This document shows, piece after piece, positions 1 to 10,060 of a stretch of DNA of 64,000 nt. Numbering within the stretch: position 1 is the first letter of the stretch; each line of letters starts with the position of its first letter. This DNA is from Candidatus Micrarchaeota archaeon (GTDB lineage: Archaea; Micrarchaeota; Micrarchaeia; Anstonellales; Bilamarchaeaceae). The notes beneath the pieces were generated by a model. It did not search any database and was not told the DNA's origin. It saw only the letters and a list, made by a program, of their open reading frames with translations. The translations under genes and the position numbers were made by a program. The stretch is from positions 1,300-65,299 of the forward strand of contig JACRGD010000005.1 in NCBI GenBank assembly GCA_016212525.1. Direction: 5' to 3'.

Positions 1-10
1 TGTGATCTTA

Positions 11-1318
11 ATGGATTATGAAAAACTTCTTTCTGCTTTCGATTTTGCAGAGCTTCGTATCGAAAAATCATCTGAGCACTCTTTCCGGCTTACTGAAGAT
101 CAGATAAAACACGCCTTTGGTTCTTCCTATGGCATAAGTGTGCGCATTCTTGAGAATGGCTCCTGGGGGTTTGCTTCTGCCAATTACGGCGAGGATGTTA
201 AAAATCTTCTTAAGCGGGCTAGAAAAATTGCATCTTTATCTAAGGGCAAAATCAGGATCGATCCGGATCTGGAAATAAACAAAAAATCCGTTGGTTCAGT
301 TTCCTCGTCGCTCGATTTTGATTGCGCTCTTTCCAATCTCAAGGAATTACTCGCAGATCTTAAGGGCCCAAAAATCACTTCCCGTACTGTTTCCTGTTCT
401 GATTCTACTTCCATTAAGCAATATTACAATTCTCTGGGATCTAGGATTGTAGAAAAAAGCGCTCGCTCATATCTTTCTGCGGGTGCGGTCTCAAAAGACG
501 GAACCAACGTCCAGAAAGGATCGACTCGCAGTTGGTCCAAATCGGGTTTTGATGATCTCGACTTTTCGATTGCAACTGAGGCACGGTCCATGGCACTGCG
601 TTTACTTAATGCCAAATCTCCACCTAAGGGTCGATTCACGGTGGTTCTTGATCCTGAGATGACTGGTGTCTTATCACACGAGGCGGTTGGTCATGCGAGT
701 GAGGCTGATTCGGTCGTGGATAATGAATCTCTTCTAAAGGACAAGGTCGGATCGAAAATCGGTAACGAAAACGTTACTATAATTGATGATCCCTCTGCAT
801 CTGATTTTGGTTTCTATCAATTTGATGATGAAGGTGTTAGGGCCAAACCCACCGTGCTTGTTCAGCAAGGTGTCTTTTGCAACTATATAAATTCTCGAGA
901 AAGCGGTTATTCTCTTGGTATTCCATTAAACGGGCATGCCCGGGCTGATGGTTATGACAATGTTCCTATAGTTCGGATGAGTAATACCTATTTCCAGAGC
1001 GGTAAATTCTCCAAATCAGATGTTTTTGATGTCAAATCTGGTGTTTATCTAAAGGGTATGAAAGGCGGAAGCGTCGATATATTTACTGGCGGTTTCATGT
1101 TCAAGGCCCAGGAAGCATACTTAATCGATCGGGGTGAACTGGGCCAGATTTTGCGGGATGTAACGATTAGCGGTAACATCCTCAAGACGCTCTATTCCAT
1201 TGATGCTGTTGGCAGAGATTTTGGAACGAGCCCTGGTATCTGTGGCAAGTTCGGTCAGCATGCTCCTGTAAGCGATGGCGGTCCACATATACGCATAACT
1301 AATCTGGCAATCGGCTAG
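11..1318 (+). CDS. tldD: TldD/PmbA family metalloprotease (TldD-like)
   Basis: HEAVGHASEAD (HExxxH), DDEGV, RMSNTY, GICGKFGQ..VSDGGP motifs; ATG at 11 preferred over the window-edge start. Confidence 0.9.
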   Translation: MDYEKLLSAFDFAELRIEKSSEHSFRLTEDQIKHAFGSSYGISVRILENGSWGFASANYGEDVKNLLKRARKIASLSKGKIRIDPDLEINKKSVGSVSSSLDFDCALSNLKELLADLKGPKITSRTVSCSDSTSIKQYYNSLGSRIVEKSARSYLSAGAVSKDGTNVQKGSTRSWSKSGFDDLDFSIATEARSMALRLLNAKSPPKGRFTVVLDPEMTGVLSHEAVGHASEADSVVDNESLLKDKVGSKIGNENVTIIDDPSASDFGFYQFDDEGVRAKPTVLVQQGVFCNYINSRESGYSLGIPLNGHARADGYDNVPIVRMSNTYFQSGKFSKSDVFDVKSGVYLKGMKGGSVDIFTGGFMFKAQEAYLIDRGELGQILRDVTISGNILKTLYSIDAVGRDFGTSPGICGKFGQHAPVSDGGPHIRITNLAIG

Positions 1319-1333
1319 TTTGGGTTCGGTTGT

Positions 1334-2545
1334 ATGGACCTCTATTTCTTATTAGTTCTGATTTTTGGAGGTCTTTTTGTCGGTTTTCTGATCGGCCTTC
1401 TTCCTGCTCTCCACTACTCGCTCCTTATCGGCCTCCTTCCTCTTTTGGGCCTTTCGGGTTTTGAATCTGCAATAGTTCTGCTATCTATCTTTCCATCTTA
1501 CTTAGTTTCCTCGTCTATTTTCTCGATTTTCTTTTCTGTTCCTAAAGGTGAGAATCCAACCTCGCTTCTTCCAGGTCAGCGTTTGATTCTCTCTGGGGAG
1601 GGCGGACTCTTGGTTCGTACGATTGTTATTTCCTTTATTGCCGCAACGCTCTTCTCGCTTCTCCTCTTTCCTCTTTCTTCGTTATTCTATTCCACTACAT
1701 ATTCTCTTGTTCGGCCTTATCTGGGCTACTCACTTATTCTGGCCTCCATTTTTCTAATCGCCCGCTCCAAAAATCTTCTTTTGGGTCTTCTATTGTTCCT
1801 GTCCGCTGGTATCTTTGGAAAATTCGTTTTTACTTTGGGACTTTCGGACCCTTTCCTGCCTCTTTTTACTGGGCTTTTTGCAGTTCCAGCACTGCTTCTT
1901 TCTGGTGATGTCAATCTCGCTACATCTGCAGAATCCGGCTCTTTAGCTTCTCAATCTTCCTCTTCATCCTCGTCCTTTGTGGCTTTAGAAAAATCAGATC
2001 TCAAATCTCTGCTTTCATATTCTCTTTTGGGTACGTTGCTTTGCATGATTTCGAATCTTTTTCCTGCTATTGGTTCTTCTGGTCAGATTGCTGCTTTTGG
2101 GTCGCTCCTGGTTCCTTTTTCGAGCGTCAATTATCTCGCTACTGTGAGTGCAATTACAGTATCCCAGGTCATCTTTTCCTTTTCATCTTCTCTTTCAATA
2201 GACAAATCCCGAATCGGTGCGATCGAGAGTCTTTCTAAATTCAGTTCCATTTCCGATAACCTTTATCTCTTTATTGGATTGTTTGTTTTTGGTCTTTTTC
2301 TCTCATGTATCCTCTCACTGTTTCTCTCGCGTAGGCTATCTGGCTTTGGAACTCTGGAATTTTCCAAATTAAGCAAATTTATCCTTCTATATCTGCTCAT
2401 TTTGGTTTTCTATCTCTCTGGCTTTTGGGGTCTTTTGGTGCTGGTCGTTGGTTCCCTGATCGGCTATCTGGCGATAAAATTCGAAATAGAGCGCATTTTA
2501 CTTATGGGTTGCCTTATTGTACCGACGATATTACTATTACTCTGA
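1334..2545 (+). CDS. Archaeal TctA/DUF112-like multi-pass membrane protein
   Basis: Very hydrophobic; N-terminal GLLPALH and LLPGQRL..GEG motifs typical of archaeal TctA-family proteins. Confidence 0.7.
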   Translation: MDLYFLLVLIFGGLFVGFLIGLLPALHYSLLIGLLPLLGLSGFESAIVLLSIFPSYLVSSSIFSIFFSVPKGENPTSLLPGQRLILSGEGGLLVRTIVISFIAATLFSLLLFPLSSLFYSTTYSLVRPYLGYSLILASIFLIARSKNLLLGLLLFLSAGIFGKFVFTLGLSDPFLPLFTGLFAVPALLLSGDVNLATSAESGSLASQSSSSSSSFVALEKSDLKSLLSYSLLGTLLCMISNLFPAIGSSGQIAAFGSLLVPFSSVNYLATVSAITVSQVIFSFSSSLSIDKSRIGAIESLSKFSSISDNLYLFIGLFVFGLFLSCILSLFLSRRLSGFGTLEFSKLSKFILLYLLILVFYLSGFWGLLVLVVGSLIGYLAIKFEIERILLMGCLIVPTILLLL

Positions 2546-2590
2546 ATGTTTTGTTGTTTGCCTGTTCTAGATAGTTTTTAATAATGTTTC

Positions 2591-2625
2591 GTTATCTATA
2601 GTTATCAACAGTTATTAGAGGTTAT
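2591..2625 (+). promoter_or_regulatory. Four GTTAT direct repeats at 10-bp spacing, putative TA operator
   Basis: GTTAT at 2591, 2601, 2611, 2621; last copy overlaps the antitoxin ATG. Confidence 0.5.
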
Positions 2626-2893
2626 GCCTATGGAAGATGTTACACTTAACATTCACGTAAATGAGTATACGAATAGGGTTCTTGGTGTAATTAAAGAGAT
2701 GTTCGGTCTCAAGAACAAATCCGAGGCCCTCAACAAATTTGTTGAACTCTATGGAGACGAGTTCATATCTCAAGATGTAAAGGAAGAAGTTGTAATGGAA
2801 ATAGTTGAATCTGCGAAGACTCATATTAGGAAGCATGGTATGCGTAAGATGTCTATATCTGAACTTAAGGCTCTATCCGGCGTAAAAAGTTAA
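2624..2893 (+). CDS. DUF2683-like antitoxin (RHH-like)
   Basis: YTNRVLGVIKEMFGLKNKSEALNKFVE signature; directly upstream of a RelE-like gene. Confidence 0.75.
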   Translation: MPMEDVTLNIHVNEYTNRVLGVIKEMFGLKNKSEALNKFVELYGDEFISQDVKEEVVMEIVESAKTHIRKHGMRKMSISELKALSGVKS

Positions 2894-2906
2894 TTCGGGC
2901 GCTTAA

Positions 2907-3188
2907 ATGACCTTTAGTTTCGATCTTTCTGATTCTTTGAGCGAAGTGCTCTCAAAACTAGCCAAACTAGATCCAAGGCGTGCCGAATTGATCTATAAAA
3001 AAATTCGACAAATAATCGAAAGCAGCGATTCTGGAATTGAGCACTATAAGAATCTTAGGTATAACCTATCTGATTACAAAAGAGTTCATATCGATCGGAG
3101 TTTCGTGCTCATATTTCAGGTTTTTAAGACCGAAAAGCACATTCTCTTTATCTCATTTGATCATCACGATAAAATCTACAAGCGATGA
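2907..3188 (+). CDS. RelE/YafQ-family mRNA interferase toxin
   Basis: 93 aa; HYKNLRYNLSDYKRVHID.SFVLIF...DHHDKIY pattern. Confidence 0.8.
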   Translation: MTFSFDLSDSLSEVLSKLAKLDPRRAELIYKKIRQIIESSDSGIEHYKNLRYNLSDYKRVHIDRSFVLIFQVFKTEKHILFISFDHHDKIYKR

Positions 3189-3212
3189 AACTCTGTTTCT
3201 GGCCTCTTTTTT

Positions 3213-6200
3213 TCATTTCCCATATTCGTCGAAAGTTCTGATCGTAAGTTCTTTCTTCTTTATTTTTATCATGGCTTTTAGGAGTTCCTGGGCAGTCTGT
3301 ACATTTGTAATGCATGGTATTCCGATCTGTATGCACTGTCGTCTCATTTTAAATCCGTCTGTATTGGATCTGCCTCCTTTGGTTGGCGTATTTATGACAA
3401 GCGAAATCTGGCCGGATTGGACCAGCTCAAGTATGTCTGGTTTTCCTGTACCTATTTTGGGTATTGCAACTGTTTCTTCTATTGATCCGACTGTTCCAAA
3501 GGTCCCATATATTCTATATCCTAATTCCCGAAGCAATTTGGCTATCTTTGGTGCCTCTTTTTTATCCTCGTCTCGAAGGCTCAAAAATGCTGCTCCTGTT
3601 GGCGACGGCCTAATTCCTGCTGCCAAAAGTGCTTTATAGTAAGCAGTTTCAAAATCTCGGTCTATTCCCATCGTTTCTCCGGTACTTCTCATCTCTGGTC
3701 CAAGTGCTGTATCTGTTCCTGAGAGTTTGAGGAATGGGAAAACGACACTCTTTACGCAATAGTGTGTCTTTAGATCTCTTACTTCGTCCTTTATCGTTCC
3801 GCCTAACATCGCCTTTATTGCGATCTTTGTCATTGGAACATCGATTGCCTTACTTACGAATGGTACTGTTCTGCTTGCTCTGGGATTGGCCTCAAGCACA
3901 TATGTTTTTCCCTCTTTTATGACATATTGCATGTTGACAAACCCGACTACGCCAAGCTCTTTTGAGATTCGTTTTGTGTACTCTATGAGTGTTTCCTTGT
4001 CTTTGTCTGTTAGTCTTATTGCTGGAAGTACTATGTTGGCATCTCCAGAATGGATTCCTGCCGGCTCTATATGTTCCATTATGCCGCCTATAAACATATT
4101 CTTGCCATCTGAAACCGCGTCAACTTCACACTCGATCGCGTTGTCAAGGTACTTGTCAATCAAGACTGGCCGTTTCTGGCTCACCTCGACCGCTTCGTTA
4201 ATGTATCGTCGGAGCTCCTCGTCGTTTCTTACTATTTCCATCGCCCGTCCGGCGATTACGTAACTGGGCCGGACAACTACTGGATATCCTATTTTTCCCG
4301 CCGCTACAAGTGCCTCTTCTTCGCTCTTTGCAACGCCGTTTTCTGGCTGGAGTATCTTGAGTTTTCCTAGTAGCGATCTAAATCGTTCGCGGTCTTCGGC
4401 AAGATCTATTCCGTCAAACTGGGTTCCTAGGATCCTGACTCCTTCTTCGGTTAGTCGCTCTGCGACATTGAGGCTAGTCTGGCCTCCTAGTTGGACTATT
4501 ACTCCTAGGGGCTCTTCGTTTTCGACAATATTCATGACGTCCTCGAATGTGAGGGGTTCAAAGTAGAGCCGGTCGCTCGTATCAAAGTCCGTACTGACTG
4601 TCTCTGGATTGTTGTTAATCATAATGCTCTCATATCCAAGTTTTCTCAGTTCCATTGATGCATGTGTGCAGCAATAATCGAACTCGATACCCTGGCCGAT
4701 TCGAATTGGACCAGATCCGACAATTACGATCTTCTTGCCCTTGGTTTTTACTGATTCATTTTCCATCTCGTATGTTGAATAGTAATATGGTGTAATGGCT
4801 TCGAATTCGCCTGCACATGAATCGACGATCTTATATCCGGGAATTATTCCCATTGATTTTCTTGTTTTTCTAATTTCCCGCTCTGTTCTTCCAGATAAGT
4901 CTGCGATCTGCTGGTCGCTAAATCCAGCCGTCTTCAGTTCGCGCATAAGTTCCTCTTTTAGCGGTTCTTCTCTAGCTCTCTTTTCAAGCTCAACTAGTTC
5001 TTCAAGTCTATTGAGGAACCAGACGTTTATTTTTGTAAGTTCAGATAATTCCTTAGCTTTCTTTCCCGATCTAAGTGCTTGGAGAATTGCAAATATTCGC
5101 AAGTCAGTTGCTGGCATAAGGTGTTTTTCCGGATCGATCTCTTTTGGTATTTTTATTTCAAGGCTTCTAAGTGCTTTGTTGAATGCTTCTTTGAATGTTC
5201 TTCCGATTGCCATTACTTCGCCGGTGCTCTTCATCTGAGTTGTTATTCGTCGGTCGCTCTTTGGGAATTTGTCAAATGGCCATCGGGGAATTTTTATTAT
5301 GATGTAGTCCAGCGCAGGCTCGAACGCCGCACATGTTCCTGTTATTTTATTTTGTATTTCGTCAAGAGTATATCCAAGGGCTATTTTTGTTGCCACTCGT
5401 GCAATCGGATATCCTGTTGCCTTTGATGCAAGTGCAGATGATCGTGAAAGTCTGGGATTGATTTCTATTACATAGAATTCTCCATTTTTCTCATTGAATG
5501 AAAATTGGACATTGCAGCTTCCTTTGATTCCGACTGCATTTACTATTTTTATGGCGGCGTTGCGTAGCGTCTGATGATCACGATCGCTCAATGTCTGTGA
5601 TGGGGCCACTACTATGCTTTCCCCAGTATGTATTCCCATCGGGTCGAAGTTTTCCATGTTGCATATTATCTGGCAGTTTCCCTTACCATCCCGAATGACT
5701 TCATATTCGAATTCGCCCCAGCCTAGAACACTTCGCTCGACTAGCGCTTCTTTTGTTGCACTAAGTCGTAATGCCAGCTCGCAGATTCTTCGGAGTTCTG
5801 TTTCATCTGCTGCCATTCCGCCGCCTGTTCCTCCAAGTGTATATGATGGCCGGATTATTACCGGATATCCGTTTGATTTGGCAAATCCGACTGCACTTTC
5901 TATATCATGAACTACTCTTCCTGGAAGTATCGGAATTCCGATCCTTTCCATAAGTCCGTTGAATTTTTCCCGCGATTCGGCAAGTTCAATCGAATCCGAG
6001 TTCGTTCCAAGAAATTCCACTCCATATTTCTTGAGTATTCCTTTTTCTTCAAGTGCACACGATAAATTCAGGGCCGTCTGGCCGCCGACAGTTGCCATAA
6101 GTGCCTGGGGTTTTTCTTTTTCGATTATCTTTTCTAGTATCTCGATATTTAGTGGCTCAATGTAAACCCGGTCTGCAGTATCCTTGTCTGTTTGTATTGT

Positions 6201-6353
6201 CGCAGGGTTCGAATTTACAAGAACTACTTCAATTCCTTCTTCTTTTAGAGCTCGGCAGGCCTGAGTTCCGGAATAGTCAAATTCCGCACTCTGGCCTATA
6301 ACTATCGGTCCGCTTCCGATGACTAATACTTTTTTGAGCTCTTTTTTTGGCAT
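3213..6353 (-). CDS. carB: Carbamoyl-phosphate synthase large subunit
   Basis: KVLVIGSGPIVIGQSAEFDYSG, duplicated ATP-grasp halves, C-terminal MGS domain; GGAGG precedes ATG at 6353. Confidence 0.98.
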   Translation of the reverse strand: MPKKELKKVLVIGSGPIVIGQSAEFDYSGTQACRALKEEGIEVVLVNSNPATIQTDKDTADRVYIEPLNIEILEKIIEKEKPQALMATVGGQTALNLSCALEEKGILKKYGVEFLGTNSDSIELAESREKFNGLMERIGIPILPGRVVHDIESAVGFAKSNGYPVIIRPSYTLGGTGGGMAADETELRRICELALRLSATKEALVERSVLGWGEFEYEVIRDGKGNCQIICNMENFDPMGIHTGESIVVAPSQTLSDRDHQTLRNAAIKIVNAVGIKGSCNVQFSFNEKNGEFYVIEINPRLSRSSALASKATGYPIARVATKIALGYTLDEIQNKITGTCAAFEPALDYIIIKIPRWPFDKFPKSDRRITTQMKSTGEVMAIGRTFKEAFNKALRSLEIKIPKEIDPEKHLMPATDLRIFAILQALRSGKKAKELSELTKINVWFLNRLEELVELEKRAREEPLKEELMRELKTAGFSDQQIADLSGRTEREIRKTRKSMGIIPGYKIVDSCAGEFEAITPYYYSTYEMENESVKTKGKKIVIVGSGPIRIGQGIEFDYCCTHASMELRKLGYESIMINNNPETVSTDFDTSDRLYFEPLTFEDVMNIVENEEPLGVIVQLGGQTSLNVAERLTEEGVRILGTQFDGIDLAEDRERFRSLLGKLKILQPENGVAKSEEEALVAAGKIGYPVVVRPSYVIAGRAMEIVRNDEELRRYINEAVEVSQKRPVLIDKYLDNAIECEVDAVSDGKNMFIGGIMEHIEPAGIHSGDANIVLPAIRLTDKDKETLIEYTKRISKELGVVGFVNMQYVIKEGKTYVLEANPRASRTVPFVSKAIDVPMTKIAIKAMLGGTIKDEVRDLKTHYCVKSVVFPFLKLSGTDTALGPEMRSTGETMGIDRDFETAYYKALLAAGIRPSPTGAAFLSLRDEDKKEAPKIAKLLRELGYRIYGTFGTVGSIEETVAIPKIGTGKPDILELVQSGQISLVINTPTKGGRSNTDGFKMRRQCIQIGIPCITNVQTAQELLKAMIKIKKKELTIRTFDEYGK

Positions 6354-6354
6354 T

Positions 6355-6792
6355 TCACTTTCCTCCAATTACTCCGTGAAGGTTGTTTCCATGTTCCGCT
6401 CTCCACTGTGTTATCTGGACACTAAGGTCCATCATGAATCGCGATCCCTCGACAAACATGTCTCGTGCCAATTCCTGCTTGGATCTTTCTTTGAGTTTTT
6501 GCTTCTCTCCAGACCACAATTCGTCAAATGCGCTAAGTACCATACTTCCAACGTAATTTGAGAATACTTCTGGCTTATCAAGTGGCAATACAACGTGCAT
6601 TTTTTCCAATTGATCAGGGTGCGTTTCTTTTGTCATTTTAACATAGCAGTCATAGCATGAGTGCTTCTCCATTTGAGCCATGCCTTTTGGAGATTCCATT
6701 TCTGCTGAGCAAAAACTGCATTTTACTTTTACTGTTTCTTCTTTGTGGTTTTTTTCTTTTCCATCGTTTTGTGTGTTTTCCATTTTTTCCAT
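6355..6792 (-). CDS. Hypothetical protein with CxxC...CxxC zinc-ribbon motif
   Basis: CSFC and CYDC motifs; fills the carA-carB gap on the same strand. Confidence 0.65.
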   Translation of the reverse strand: MEKMENTQNDGKEKNHKEETVKVKCSFCSAEMESPKGMAQMEKHSCYDCYVKMTKETHPDQLEKMHVVLPLDKPEVFSNYVGSMVLSAFDELWSGEKQKLKERSKQELARDMFVEGSRFMMDLSVQITQWRAEHGNNLHGVIGGK

Positions 6793-6825
6793 CTCCTTGC
6801 GAACTGCATACTTATGCGGCTCGCC

Positions 6826-7887
6826 CTAAATCATTTTCATGAATTTGTCGAATAAGTATCTCGAATCGTGGGGTCCGCTCTGGGCTTCCGGGTGATATTG
6901 TACACAGAATATGTCTTTATTTTTGTTACAAAGGCCTTCTATTGTTTTATCATTTAAATTTGTGTGGCTTACTTCAAAGCCCTTGGGAACTTTGCCCACT
7001 GCAAAGCCGTGATTTTGGGTTGTTATTGCTATTTTGTCTAGTTCTATGTCCTGTACTGCGTGATTTGCGCCCCGATGGCCGAACTTTAGTTTATATGTAT
7101 CTCCACCAAATGCATGTGCGATTAGTTGGTTTCCAAGACAAATACCAAACATTGGTCGATATCCTTCCAACTCCCGTATCAGTTTGTGGACTCCTGTTAA
7201 TATGGCTGGGTCGCCAGGTCCGTTGGACAGTACTATTCCGTCTGGTTCGAGTTCCTTTATTTCCTGGGCACTAGAACTGTGCGGCATCAGGTACACTTTC
7301 GAATCTCTTTTAGCAAGCTGGTCTATTATTCCATGTTTTACTCCGAAATCGATTAATGCGATTTTGCGTTTCCCTTTCCCGTGTGTCTGGGTTTTTTTGG
7401 TCGATACCTGGGCTACAAAATCGATTGAAGAGTAGTCGAAATTAAGTTTTTCAAGTGCTTTTTTGACATTTATTTTATCCTCTTCAGGGGTTGTTATGAT
7501 TGTTGCTGGCATGACTCCTTTTTCGCGTATGTGCCTTACGAGAAATCTGGTGTCAATTCCGCTGATTCCTGGTATTTTTTGTTCTTTTAGGAATTCATCG
7601 AGCGATTCCTGAGCTTCTCGATGTTGATATTCTTGGCTTAACTGTCGTACGACCAGTCCGCTCTGGTGTATTTTTGGGCTTTCTCGGTCTTTGCCGTTTA
7701 TGCCGTAATTTCCTATCAACGGATATGTGAGAATTAGTATCTGGCCTGCGTAGCTGGGGTCTGTTAGCATTTCCTCATAACCCATCATGGATGTATTAAA
7801 TACGAGTTCACCTGATCGCTCTCCAATGGCTCCAAAACCCGTGCCGTATAACACAGTCCCATCTTTAAGGATAAGCGCAGCTTTCAT
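6826..7887 (-). CDS. carA: Carbamoyl-phosphate synthase small subunit
   Basis: MKAALILKDGT, GELVFNT, SNGPGDP, GICLG (catalytic Cys), QYHPE. Confidence 0.98.
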   Translation of the reverse strand: MKAALILKDGTVLYGTGFGAIGERSGELVFNTSMMGYEEMLTDPSYAGQILILTYPLIGNYGINGKDRESPKIHQSGLVVRQLSQEYQHREAQESLDEFLKEQKIPGISGIDTRFLVRHIREKGVMPATIITTPEEDKINVKKALEKLNFDYSSIDFVAQVSTKKTQTHGKGKRKIALIDFGVKHGIIDQLAKRDSKVYLMPHSSSAQEIKELEPDGIVLSNGPGDPAILTGVHKLIRELEGYRPMFGICLGNQLIAHAFGGDTYKLKFGHRGANHAVQDIELDKIAITTQNHGFAVGKVPKGFEVSHTNLNDKTIEGLCNKNKDIFCVQYHPEAQSGPHDSRYLFDKFMKMI

Positions 7888-7975
7888 ATAATTTCCCCGC
7901 AAACTCAGAACTAGGTATCTATAACACAACTGGCATTTATAATTGTTGTGTGTTTGAGTGTTTTCATTCTCATCT

Positions 7976-8824
7976 TTAAGCCGCTTCTTCAACGCAATAT
8001 GGCGGTATTATTATTCCTTCTCTTGCTGCGATTTTAAGTATGTCTGCTTTCATTTTTTCAAAATCTATGTATCTCTGAGTGTGATCAAACCTCATCGCTT
8101 TTTCAATAACTGGCCAAAATGGTGTTTGGAATTTTACCGGATTTGTATTAGTTGAATTTTGTCCCGTCTCTGTACGGTATACATCTTCCCCTTTTAATAT
8201 TCTATATAATATTGTTCCAGCTGAAAAAATGTCATATCTTCTTCCGCTGTTTCTTTTTTGTAATATTTCTTCCGGAGGGCAATGTTCTGTAGTTGTTTTT
8301 GGTATCTCTTGGTATATCTCTGTGGCAACATCCCTTTTCCTTCGGCTTCTTGCCACTCCAAAATCGGTCAGCGTCATTTGTTTGCCCAGTATAAAATTGG
8401 CTGGTTTTAGGTCTCTATGAACTACTCCGTATCTGTGTGCTCCTTCATGAATCGCATCGAGCATTTCTAAAAATAGGCTGATCTGTTGGCCTAGTGTTAA
8501 TTGAGGATTCAATGTTATTTTATCCGCACTCTCATAAGGACGATATTCCATTGTTAGTTCTGCTCGTTTTTCATCAAATCCTATTGGTTTTGGGATTCGG
8601 GTAGCTCCTAACCTGTCTAGTTCAGTCATGATCTCAAATTCGTGTTTCAATACTCTTTTTAATGGGGGTATTATTTCTCCAGATACTTCTGCAGCATTTA
8701 CTCTTTTTACTACTACTCCTCTGCTTAACTCAACTATGCTATTATCTCTAAAAAGTATTCTGTCTGTATTTGGCTGTTCTTTTAGTTCCATTTTGCCAAA
8801 TAGGAGTAATTTTTTACTTGCCAT
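7976..8824 (-). CDS. Hanks-type Ser/Thr protein kinase
   Basis: VVVK, HRDLKPAN, DFG, PPEE, DIFSAG; Gly-rich loop not evident. Confidence 0.85.
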   Translation of the reverse strand: MASKKLLLFGKMELKEQPNTDRILFRDNSIVELSRGVVVKRVNAAEVSGEIIPPLKRVLKHEFEIMTELDRLGATRIPKPIGFDEKRAELTMEYRPYESADKITLNPQLTLGQQISLFLEMLDAIHEGAHRYGVVHRDLKPANFILGKQMTLTDFGVARSRRKRDVATEIYQEIPKTTTEHCPPEEILQKRNSGRRYDIFSAGTILYRILKGEDVYRTETGQNSTNTNPVKFQTPFWPVIEKAMRFDHTQRYIDFEKMKADILKIAAREGIIIPPYCVEEAA

Positions 8825-8856
8825 TAATATACATTATTTATCAATAATCTATATAA

Positions 8857-9510
8857 TTACTTGTTTTTGCTCTTCGTTCTGAGCGTCGCCTTTTCTATTT
8901 CACAAACGCCTCTTTGCCCATCCCAGTTTTTACTCGTTTTCAGGATTTCTATCCTCTTTTTGAAAAATGGAGCGTCGGTAACGTAAGTTTCGCCCTCGCC
9001 ACCCTCTAAGAATGGATGAACTCCCTTTACGTTCGCCTCTATTATTTTCATATATGGCTGATCCAGAAATTTTTCATCAAGTCCTTCTGCCGCTACTGCC
9101 ATGACCTTTATTTCAAAATATTTTAGTAGTTCTGGCAATAGTTGATCGCCTAAATCCTTGTGCCAAAGCGGAGCAAACGTTGGTATGTCCAACTCTTCTC
9201 CGATACGATCGATTCTGCGGCGCTGATATTCGCTGGCTATTGCACCGGCAACTATTGCCTTCGCACCCATTCGCTTAAACGTTTCCTTGAGTTTTTGGTG
9301 CCAGTTTTCTTCAGTTGTTTTGACAAAAATCTGCTTGAGTCCAAGTGCTTTGGCCTGAAGCTTCGTTTTATCTACGTTTGGATGGTGAAACATCATCGAA
9401 TACTCTGGTGGGATGACACTGACCAGTACCGGTTCAAACCCCTGAAAAAGAGCCCAGAAGGTAGCAAAAACAGAATCCTTACCGCCTGAAAACAAGACCG
9501 CGACTTTCAT
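8857..9510 (-). CDS. dph6: Diphthine-ammonia ligase (diphthamide synthase)
   Basis: LFSGGKDS PP-loop, SMMFH, GAIASEYQ, PLW, EGGEGET.V.DAPFF. Confidence 0.9.
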   Translation of the reverse strand: MKVAVLFSGGKDSVFATFWALFQGFEPVLVSVIPPEYSMMFHHPNVDKTKLQAKALGLKQIFVKTTEENWHQKLKETFKRMGAKAIVAGAIASEYQRRRIDRIGEELDIPTFAPLWHKDLGDQLLPELLKYFEIKVMAVAAEGLDEKFLDQPYMKIIEANVKGVHPFLEGGEGETYVTDAPFFKKRIEILKTSKNWDGQRGVCEIEKATLRTKSKNK

Positions 9511-10040
9511 GTTACTCCTCTGCTCTTATCTACTAGTAGCATATATACGGCGTCCTGGTACTTTCCATCGTGAAGAACCCAGTTTGGAAAACGTGCGATC
9601 TCTCTAAACCCAATTTTGTGATAAAGATTCTGAGCGATTTTGTTTTCATCAAAAACTCGAAGGTAGATATTTTTGGGTTTAAATTTTTTCCTTGCCAGTT
9701 CTATAATTTCTCGTAGAAGTTTTTCTCCAAGTCCTTTACCTCTGTACTCTTTTCTTAGTGCCAGTCCTATTTCGACATTTTGATCATTTTTCCACATCTC
9801 CTTTTTAGCACTGCAATTTCCCGCATGTCTTTCTCCATCCCAGACGCATAGCAATATTTCTTTTCCTTTTTTGACATTGGATAGACGTTCTTTGAACCAG
9901 ACTTTCTGCTCTTTCATAGTTGGTTTTTTATTAATTAGAAGAAATGCGTTTTCGTCAATTAGTTCTGATATGAAATCTAAATATGCCTTTATCGAATCGC
10001 TTTTTTTGGGAGGTCGAATTTCAAGTCCCTTGAACATCAT
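9507..10040 (-). CDS. GNAT-family N-acetyltransferase
   Basis: EYRGKGLG acetyl-CoA motif; N..AQNLYHKIGF. Confidence 0.9.
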   Translation of the reverse strand: MMFKGLEIRPPKKSDSIKAYLDFISELIDENAFLLINKKPTMKEQKVWFKERLSNVKKGKEILLCVWDGERHAGNCSAKKEMWKNDQNVEIGLALRKEYRGKGLGEKLLREIIELARKKFKPKNIYLRVFDENKIAQNLYHKIGFREIARFPNWVLHDGKYQDAVYMLLVDKSRGVT

Positions 10041-10060
10041 AATTCCATCCTCATTGCAGG

